From: Sporopachydermia quercuum
Lineage: Eukaryota
NCBI GenBank assembly: GCA_001599295.1
Contig: BCGN01000003.1
Span: 1,364,001 to 1,428,000 of the forward strand
Direction: 5' to 3'
DNA length: 64,000 bases
The stretch's first letter is position 1, and every line of letters begins with the position of its first letter. A program made the translations under genes and the position numbers. The notes below the pieces were generated by a model. The model saw only the letters and a list, made by a program, of their open reading frames with translations, did no database searches and had not been told where the DNA came from. Shown piece by piece: positions 55,783 through 64,000 of the stretch.

Positions 55783-56529
55783 ATATTTCTACTATTAGGA
55801 ATATTAATAGAAATTTAGTGTTAGCCGTACTGAGCAACTGAATAAGCAACAATAGGCATGACTGTTCATGGTAAGACTATATATAACTATCTATAATTAT
55901 TCATGGTTATTAATACTGTAAATAGCTTACTTCGTTGTATGTCTTATTATTATACCAGTGTTTCTCATCTTACTGTTCATCTTACTGTACAATGCAATAA
56001 GTTTAACTTACTTATACTTCTTTATATGTATTATTTGTTATTTCGATATCAATAGTTCCCGTAGTCTTGTAGTATAATAATCATATAATTATATATTTAT
56101 AGTATGATGATTACATAANTAATTAGTTCTGGATGCCATAAAGATGCGCTGAATCCACTGATTAGTCAGTTAAGTTCTAGTCATACCTCATGTCAATTGA
56201 ACGAATGATGCCAATGTTAATGCTGATAATTGAGTATCTAGATTTCAGTCAGTAAAAATATCCAAACAGTTATACTGTTAGTTCCAATAAGCTAATTGNC
56301 TAAGCACCAGTATTAAAGTAAAATGGTCCAAACAGAGGGTTAGACGGTCTATAATAGAATCAGCATTTATGTAGCACCACTGACATTACATTATCTACTG
56401 ATACTAGCACTACAATCANCATCATAACCGAAAGCATGAAGCATAGTTATTATATTCAATAAGAAGCTTTTGGATGATAATCTTCATCATTACTGTACGT
56501 TATCTCTTCTGTTACAGCTCATATTCTCA

Positions 56530-57870
56530 TTACTGTTTCCTCCTCTTGACGCTACATATTAACCATGTAGTAGCGCATCCTCCATAAACATCAACAGCTT
56601 CCTCTAAATCTATCCCCAGTGATAAATCTCTCGATAACTTATCTAAAACACACACTGGATTAGGATATATGAAAACCGAAGGATCACTGAGATCATCCTT
56701 CCTATATATACCACCGAAAAGCACTTCCTGATCTGCTACCTTTTGAGGACTATGCTTATATTTGGGCCCACAGTTACCATGTTCGCCCCAGCCCCATGCA
56801 TATAAAGTACGGTCCGATTTGTTATAAACGGCTGTATGTTCACTTCCAACAGCAAAACAAGACAATTGCACTGTTGGATTGAGCTCAGTGAATGAAGAAC
56901 CAATTACTCTTGATAGGTTAGTATGGCCGCGATCATCAGATAGGCCTAACTGGCCGTGGCTGTTATTACCATAGGCATAAATGGTGGAATCATCGGACTT
57001 AACGATAAGAAAGGACCAGCCAGAACGAATGCTATGTAAAGGAGATTTCTCTCTGTTTGAAGGTATGGCTAGTTTTTCGGCACCGATGCCAAAGAGAAAT
57101 AGATCACCAGTGGATGGAACACCAATGGCAGTATAATCTCTGCCCATTGTAAGGAAATAATTAGATCTCAATGCTGATAACGAAAATCCAGGTAGCTTAA
57201 AGGACAACTCTGTAGGATAATGGAAGATTCCGTTAGAATTTGATGGAAATTCACCTAATTGACCTTTCCTACCATTACCCCATCCCCAGAGGGTTCCAGA
57301 AGACAATTGACATATGGTAGCGGCCATTGAAGATGTAATATTGACTATTTCATCGCCAGGTTGAAGGAAATGCGCTAATTTCACCAGGCTATGCCTGTTT
57401 TCGCCAGAAGGTTCTTTGGTTGAATCTATTTCTGGTCCTATCCCCAATTCACCCTTAGAACCACTGCCAGCTACATAAACTGTGTTTTCAGTGTCAACCA
57501 ATACGGTGAACTCCCAGCCAGCAGATACTAATTTCCATTTAATATTGGAATTCGGTTTAACCCCATTTAACGGATGAAGTAAAGGCTCAAAGGTTGGTAA
57601 TGCTGTTACCGAGATTGGTTTACCGCATTGTCCCTGCAGGTTGGAGCCAGCAACATAAACTGTGCCATCTTCAATTAGCACTACGGTATGATTACCACCG
57701 CACACAAGATTTATCGGTTTGCTGATTAGAATGGTTTTTGATGCATAGGAGTTTTCTTGCTCAAAAGATGAAACGGTCAAAACATCGGTATCGTTCGAAC
57801 TCCCGTTACCCAATTGATAGTTGCCGTTGGATCCGCAGCCTAGTATGACGAATCCTTCATCCGGGGTCAT
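56530..57870 (-). CDS. ATS1: RCC1-repeat protein Ats1/Kti13
   Basis: GSNGNYQLG, CGGNHT, AGWEFT, WGNGRKGQLG, GSEH, WGWGEHGNCG and terminal GGCATTW. Confidence 0.88.
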   Translation of the reverse strand: MTPDEGFVILGCGSNGNYQLGNGSSNDTDVLTVSSFEQENSYASKTILISKPINLVCGGNHTVVLIEDGTVYVAGSNLQGQCGKPISVTALPTFEPLLHPLNGVKPNSNIKWKLVSAGWEFTVLVDTENTVYVAGSGSKGELGIGPEIDSTKEPSGENRHSLVKLAHFLQPGDEIVNITSSMAATICQLSSGTLWGWGNGRKGQLGEFPSNSNGIFHYPTELSFKLPGFSLSALRSNYFLTMGRDYTAIGVPSTGDLFLFGIGAEKLAIPSNREKSPLHSIRSGWSFLIVKSDDSTIYAYGNNSHGQLGLSDDRGHTNLSRVIGSSFTELNPTVQLSCFAVGSEHTAVYNKSDRTLYAWGWGEHGNCGPKYKHSPQKVADQEVLFGGIYRKDDLSDPSVFIYPNPVCVLDKLSRDLSLGIDLEEAVDVYGGCATTWLICSVKRRKQ

Positions 57871-58642
57871 AATGAGCGAATAAAATGTTTAGAGCTGGTT
57901 TTTAACTGTGAGAGTTTTATTCAGTTCGAAGAGCTTGCTTTAGAAATAATATGGTAGCTTTCCTAGGCAAAATAGCAGCAATTGATGATATAAATNAAGG
58001 AATGGATAGGTCAGAAGGACGATTGGCTTGTTAACTTAGGTGATGAGGTATTGAAATATGCAATTCTATTCGATCGTATGCAGTATTATGCGATATTTTG
58101 TAACTTTGCAGAACAATGGGTATCTGAGATGCACTATCGATTTTGCACAGCAAAGGAAAACTATTTGAAGTAAAGATTGTTATTTGATTGTTGGAGTATA
58201 ATTGCTTTGAATACTTCAGCTTTCATTATAATGATATCAAATCTCGTTAGAAGCCGAAAATACGATAATGGTGGAACAATTAAGTTGGATTTTCATATGC
58301 AAGATCATACATGTATATAAGGTGACATTTGTGGTTCGTAACTTGAACTTCTATCGGCTAGGCCAATGTATGAATTTTCGGAGATCTTTGTTTATCACNT
58401 TATTGCCGCCATATTGGTTTTTTAGTCANTATTTCCGTAATTGGATCCCTACATCTTTTCCTATTTCTGTAATGTCTTGCTCTTATTCCTTACTGTTTGC
58501 ATTTGCTATCGTTTTGCTCAACCGACAGATTTTATAGAATAAATAACATCAATAAGTAACATTTATTACTATCAAGGAATAGAAAGATTCGAGCACGTCC
58601 TTGCTACGCACTCATTTTGCAGGATCTCAACGTGAGTACATT

Positions 58643-59314
58643 ATGTCAAAGTTTCATCCATATAAACGTGATAATGGCAAGAAAGCTCCATTCAAATCAA
58701 AGAATACAAAGGGAGCTTCAGAATTGCCACCAGAATTGATGAATCTAACTGATATAGACTATGAAGCAGCCATATCCCAACAGCAAAGTATCTATGCCGC
58801 AGGGAAAGAAAGCTCGTCTAGTGGAAAGGTACTTGGAACTATTGCTAGTGGCTCACCAACAGGAGGAGCTGTTGCTCCAACGGTCACGGGTATATCTCAG
58901 GTTGATGATGATACCACAGTCAAAAGGAAGGCAGGAGGGAAAAAATGGGAGGATAAAACACTGCTTGAATGGGATCCGGCACACTTCAGGTTGTTTGTAG
59001 GCAATTTAGGTGGTGATGTACATGATGGAGTATTGACGAAAGCTTTCCAAGGATTCAAATCGTTTACTAAAGCAAAGGTTGTAATGGATAAGAGTACGGG
59101 AAAGAATAAAGGCTATGGATTTGTAGCATTTTCTGACCCTGATGATTATTTCAAAGCATTTAAGGAGATGAACAATAAGTACATTGGTGCCCGACCAGTA
59201 CAGCTGAGGAAGGCTACGACAGAGATTAATGTAATTAAGAAGAACGGTGGTAACAATAGTAGAATCAATGGTTATGGAAATAAACATAGGAACAGCAGGA
59301 ATAAATATAGGTGA
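58643..59314 (+). CDS. RBM42-like single-RRM protein, about 223 aa
   Basis: RKAGGKKWEDKTLLEWDPAHFRLFVGNL, KGYGFVAF, KEMNNKYIGARPVQLRK are the RBM42 family signature. First ATG at 58643. Confidence 0.88.
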   Translation: MSKFHPYKRDNGKKAPFKSKNTKGASELPPELMNLTDIDYEAAISQQQSIYAAGKESSSSGKVLGTIASGSPTGGAVAPTVTGISQVDDDTTVKRKAGGKKWEDKTLLEWDPAHFRLFVGNLGGDVHDGVLTKAFQGFKSFTKAKVVMDKSTGKNKGYGFVAFSDPDDYFKAFKEMNNKYIGARPVQLRKATTEINVIKKNGGNNSRINGYGNKHRNSRNKYR

Positions 59315-60336
59315 AAAAGAGGCCTGCAATGTGTAATAACAGCCGGAAACATAAGGTTATGTTTGTCTCTATTAGCCTACACAGGACTGAAGTTAGTACA
59401 TGTGTTTTTCATGTTTATATTGCATAATTACACATAAATACGCAGCGAAGTCTGAAGGCAGTTGAATGAGAGCAACTAAATGGATGTTCATATAAACACG
59501 GACAAGCTCTGAGTGAGTATGAAACAAGGACTGATTCAATAAGGAATGGCTACTAAGCCTGTTTTGAGAGATTGCAGTACTATGAACGTTCTTTGGCTTG
59601 ATTATGCTACAGTTAGTGTTTCGACTGATAATGATAGTTCAACTCAATCATGTCAAAGTTTTAATTAATTTTAGCTACACTGTTTATTATATGATAAAAA
59701 CATAACTTTATATTTAATTAATGAAGGAGGGAAACGTCTCTATTTATATAGATCTGAAAGATTCTATTAGTAGAATGAGGTTTAAACAATATGCACGTAT
59801 ATGAATATTAGTAAATTTCATGCATGTCGTGCATATATCTTACTATGCTTGAAACCACGATATGATCAATCATATTCACACACCCCTTGTACCGTCAATT
59901 AAACCAATAATATTCAACTTTAACCCAGTAAAATGGTTGAATGCTCAATTTCAACGATTACCATCTGTATAATCAAGGAAAATTGTTGCTATTCGTTCTA
60001 TTAATCATTACTCGTCAACCACCATATTTACTGATCACATAATTATAAAATCTTACTAAGTCATGTGACATTATTATCTCCAGTTCATCTTCCCTTTGAG
60101 CATTGTCAACAGGTCCAATTGCTTTTTTTTATTATCTATCCAGAGTGCCCATTTATATTAGAAGGTAATCTTTTTGAATACTCCTGCAACATAAATTCAG
60201 TCGCAATTAAACCCTGCTTTACCACCAGATAAGAAAATCAGCATTTGAAGTTCCGTCACAACTTATCGTCTAGTTCTACTTCGTCTCCTCCTGCAATCGA
60301 TATCATAATCACAATCATAATCTCTGTCACATCATC

Positions 60337-61785
60337 ATGGCTTCAACTGTCGCATCAGTAACTGCTAACAGTGTGCTTAAAAAGTACCCGGCTAAAGCAC
60401 ATGCTAGAAAAGTATTCCATCATTTGAGCTCTTTTCTTTCCCCTTCAAAAGCCGCTGCAGGTTGTCTTTATCTAAGAGGAGAGTCTTTGAAGAGATGGCC
60501 TTATTCTGATCAAGATCAACCTCTAAGACAAAACCGTTATTTCTTCTATCTTACAGGTATCAATATTCCTGGGTCTCACGTGTTGTATGATAATGTCAAA
60601 GATAAATTGAAGNTTTTTATACCTCCAATTGATGAAGAAGACGTTCTTTGGAGCGGACTTCCAATGAGCAAGCAAGAGATTCTTCATGCATATGATGTAG
60701 ATGAAGTAGAATACACCAATGAGCTAGAATCAAGCTTAGAAGCTATTAAAGCAGATTTGATATATCAGGACGTTTTTTCTTTAGAATCTTACTCTGATAT
60801 CGAAAAATATCTATCATTTAGCCAAACAAACGTTGATGCTGTACTGAAATCTCTTGATGAGGCTAGAATGATCAAAGATGACTATGAATTAGAACTTATG
60901 CGTGAAGCATCAAGAATCACTGATAATTCTCATTATGCAGTAATGAGTGCTCTACCAATCGAAAAAACAGAGGGACATATTCATGCCGAATTTATTTATC
61001 ATTCAATGCGTCAAGGATCAAAACACCAAGCTTATGATCCTATTTGCTGTTCAGGAACTGATTGTTCAACGCTTCATTATGTAAGAAATGATCAACCTTT
61101 AGATGAGAAGTTACTAGTGCTTATCGATGCTGGTGCTGAATGGAACAACTATGCTTCTGATGTTACACGTGTTTTTCCTATTAATGGGGAATGGACTAAA
61201 GAGAGTAGAGAAATATACGAAATGGTGTTGGAGATGCAATCCAAAGCAATGGAATCAATCAAGCCTGGTGTTTCATGGGATGATCTACATTTATTAACTC
61301 ATAAAATACTCATTGATCATTTCCTAACTTTAGGACTATTCAAATCGCAATATTCCAAGCAAGAAATACTGGAATCGCGAGTGTCTGTCGCTTTCTATCC
61401 TCATGGTTTAGGTCATTTATTGGGATTAGATACTCATGATGTCGGAGGATATCCAAATTATGATGACCCTGATGAAATGTATAGATATTTGAGATTACGT
61501 AGAGATTTGCAGGAAAATATGGTCGTTACTGTTGAACCTGGTTGTTATTTTTCCCCATTTATTCTAGACAAGTATTTATCTCAGGAGAAGTATAAGAAGT
61601 ATGTTGATTTTGAAGTACTAGAAAGATATAAATCTGTTGGAGGAGTTCGAATAGAAGACGATGTTCTTGTTACAAGTGATGGATGGGAGAATTTGACGAG
61701 GATTGTTAAAGATGCCGATGAGGTTGCGAAGATTGTAAAGAAAGGAATTGAGAGAGGAAGAGGATATTTTCATTGTGTAGTATGA
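60337..61785 (+). CDS. Xaa-Pro dipeptidase/aminopeptidase (M24B prolidase, YFR006W-like)
   Basis: KYPAKAHA, LIDAGAEWNNYASDVTR, HGLGHLLGLDTHDVGG, TVEPGCYF, GGVRIEDDVLV. Confidence 0.95.
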   Translation: MASTVASVTANSVLKKYPAKAHARKVFHHLSSFLSPSKAAAGCLYLRGESLKRWPYSDQDQPLRQNRYFFYLTGINIPGSHVLYDNVKDKLKXFIPPIDEEDVLWSGLPMSKQEILHAYDVDEVEYTNELESSLEAIKADLIYQDVFSLESYSDIEKYLSFSQTNVDAVLKSLDEARMIKDDYELELMREASRITDNSHYAVMSALPIEKTEGHIHAEFIYHSMRQGSKHQAYDPICCSGTDCSTLHYVRNDQPLDEKLLVLIDAGAEWNNYASDVTRVFPINGEWTKESREIYEMVLEMQSKAMESIKPGVSWDDLHLLTHKILIDHFLTLGLFKSQYSKQEILESRVSVAFYPHGLGHLLGLDTHDVGGYPNYDDPDEMYRYLRLRRDLQENMVVTVEPGCYFSPFILDKYLSQEKYKKYVDFEVLERYKSVGGVRIEDDVLVTSDGWENLTRIVKDADEVAKIVKKGIERGRGYFHCVV

Positions 61786-62228
61786 GAATGAGAGAGCACT
61801 GCTTGTTTGACTGGATTGGGGTAGTATTTTGGATGAAAGGGCAAATATTCCATACTCTCCAGAGAATAGATAATGAAATGTGAATGTGAATGTGAGGGAA
61901 TATGGATATTCATAGTAGTATGTAGGTTATACTTAGTAGGCAATATATCTTCTTATATAAGATATAAAATACAAGACATAAATTGTACCTGTAGATGCTA
62001 CTTTGATTTATGTTAACAATTATATATAAATACTGATAGATTACAAATACTTACAAGTCATCGGCTATCAAATACCAATAGAATCCAGTCCATTTACTTC
62101 CTATCATTATTATTCATCTTCATTAATAAAGTTATCATAGTTTTTACAACTACACTGCTTTATCAACCGATCATCATAAACTCCCACAATCCAAATCTCT
62201 TCCTGGTTCCTAGTTCCCTTTCCAAATC

Positions 62229-64000
62229 CTACACACTGTCTGTTGAGCTAATACTATCACCACATTGATCCATACTATCTACTGCTAACAATGCCTCATC
62301 AATTGAATCAAAATACAACCTACTCCTAATGCGTCCATCTGGTAATACAATTGGAACAATAGGATTCACTCCTGCTGTTTCTCCTAACACCTCGTCTGCC
62401 CTTGAGATCATTGAATTGATACCTGACCTTTCTAATCCTTTCCTAATTTCAACATTATAAGGAACACGTGTTAATAACACTTTGATTCCCCTTCTTCTAT
62501 ATGAAGAAACAATCTCGTTGAGAATCTGTAATGCTGAAGAGTCAATTTCTGATACTCCATTCAAATCAATGATCAAGAACCGGGTCATGATCTCCTGCCG
62601 AGTCCTGGGTTGACCCGGATGTACTTTCAACGACCCGTATAACTCTAATCGTTTGAGCCTAGACCTCAAGTCACCAGCATTAGCAAACGTTAACGGTTCA
62701 GGCACTTTAACAATCAAACAACCTTCAATTTCTTCTAATACCTCAAGGATTCTTTCATTCCCTTCATCCCCATTGTTTCCATGACCAATAGCACCATTAT
62801 GTTTTCTCATGTAGTCATCATAATCTTCAAATTCATCAGCATTGAGAAATGTGGAAGTATGAGGGATTCTACCAAGAATCTGAATGCGGGATTTTGTTGC
62901 GTGTCGGATAACTCTTAGCAGTGAAAAAGCAACTCCTAATAGAACACCGATTTCCACTGAATAGAAGATTGTTATCAGCAATGTTATGAAAAACGTGAAC
63001 AGTTCTTCATATCCTTTGGTTTTCCAATGGAACTTCAAATCTCTGGGTGATTCTTCTAATAAAGAAAGACCCACAACAGTTACAACAGCAGATAAAACAC
63101 ATTTCGGTAGGTAATAGAAATAATGCATGAAATAGTTCAAACTGATGAGAGTAATAACAGCCATGACACAGCCTGACATCAACGTTTTCCCCCCAGAAAG
63201 AACGTTGATTTTGCTTCTACCATAGCCACCAAAAGCCGGCAGAGCCCCAAACAGAGATCCTGCAAAATTGCATACTCCCAGGGCAACTAGTTCACGATTT
63301 GACGAGATGTTATAGTCAAAGGCACTGCCCAAGGCTTTGGCAGCAGTTGTAGACTCAAAGAAGCCTAAGACAGCTATTAAGAATGAAGCTGTGAAGCTAT
63401 CATTGAGGAATCTCCAAGTGCGACTTGTAAAAGGGAAAGATAATTCCAGTTTACCTGGGCTTATAGGGCCTACGATCTCGACGCCAAAATTGTGATGCCA
63501 ATCAAAGACATTTGAGCAAATGGTGGAAGCAATAACAGCAATGAGGATCTCAGGAACAAACATAAGCCATTTTGTTGATGGTTTAGAAGCCCAGTAGGCT
63601 TTGCAAGATCTAATAGCAAGCATGAAGCTAATAGCTATTATTGCTATGACAAGAGTGAATAATTGTATGTCGTTTCTCTGATTCCAGATAAATATGCATT
63701 TTTCAAAAGGTGAATGATAGAGCTTTGGTGATTCTTCAAACAGCTTTGATAATCCCAGTTCTGCGATAGCAGAAGTAATCACCATGACAATACCTACAGC
63801 GGAGATAAATCCTTGTAGTAAAGCTCTAGATAGGACATTGTCAAGATATCCTAATCTCATTAGACCAGCAGCTAGTAAAACACCACCAGATGCACCGGCC
63901 ATAACCGTAGCAACATCACCGGTAGATATGTCTGGATAACCGTCACCATCATAATCAATACGGGTACTTAGTTCAACGGCTTGTCCTACAACAAGAGAAA
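62229..64000 (-). CDS. SLC26/SulP anion transporter with STAS domain (YPR003C-like); 5' part lies outside the window
   Basis: SSNRELVALG, LPAFGGYGRS, PEPLTFAN, IDSSALQIL. The frame stays open from 63902 to the window edge (SLVVGQAVE...). Confidence 0.93.
   Translation of the reverse strand, partial: SLVVGQAVELSTRIDYDGDGYPDISTGDVATVMAGASGGVLLAAGLMRLGYLDNVLSRALLQGFISAVGIVMVITSAIAELGLSKLFEESPKLYHSPFEKCIFIWNQRNDIQLFTLVIAIIAISFMLAIRSCKAYWASKPSTKWLMFVPEILIAVIASTICSNVFDWHHNFGVEIVGPISPGKLELSFPFTSRTWRFLNDSFTASFLIAVLGFFESTTAAKALGSAFDYNISSNRELVALGVCNFAGSLFGALPAFGGYGRSKINVLSGGKTLMSGCVMAVITLISLNYFMHYFYYLPKCVLSAVVTVVGLSLLEESPRDLKFHWKTKGYEELFTFFITLLITIFYSVEIGVLLGVAFSLLRVIRHATKSRIQILGRIPHTSTFLNADEFEDYDDYMRKHNGAIGHGNNGDEGNERILEVLEEIEGCLIVKVPEPLTFANAGDLRSRLKRLELYGSLKVHPGQPRTRQEIMTRFLIIDLNGVSEIDSSALQILNEIVSSYRRRGIKVLLTRVPYNVEIRKGLERSGINSMISRADEVLGETAGVNPIVPIVLPDGRIRSRLYFDSIDEALLAVDSMDQCGDSISSTDSV

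Noticed and set aside
221..59329. Many 60-170 aa ORFs antisense to or overlapping the long genes (e.g. 4029..4529, 10113..10589, 24278..24727, 47060..47491)
   Set aside because: Shadow ORFs arising from codon bias and low-complexity repeats of the real genes.

Overview
AT-rich, gene-dense chromosomal DNA from a budding yeast (Saccharomycotina). CUG falls at conserved Leu positions, introns are of the GTAAGT/GTATGT...TACTAAC...YAG type, and isolated 'n' bases suggest a heterozygous diploid assembly. I can support 22 protein-coding genes. In order: SHE1-like (2 exons), HEK2-like KH protein, free Met-R-sulfoxide reductase, CRT10, UCC1-like F-box, SBA1 (2 exons), glucose-6-phosphate 1-epimerase, an uncharacterised probable mitochondrial membrane protein, PRR1 kinase, a PET127-like protein, RGR1/MED14, DAL2, ATP18 (4 exons, absent from the ORF track), STR2, CDC16, HSV2, PET54-like, CDC25, ATS1, an RBM42-like RRM protein, prolidase and a partial SLC26 anion transporter. 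The most unusual item is the PET127 homolog, whose PD-(D/E)XK nuclease motifs appear lost, making it a candidate pseudo-nuclease. Other highlights are the She1 homolog revealed by splicing (with a NuSAP-like motif), several candidate 5'-UTR introns, a Ppr1/UaY-type site upstream of DAL2 and four gene adjacencies shared with S. cerevisiae. I found no tRNA, rRNA, transposon or CRISPR. All homology calls come from recalled motifs, not database searches.
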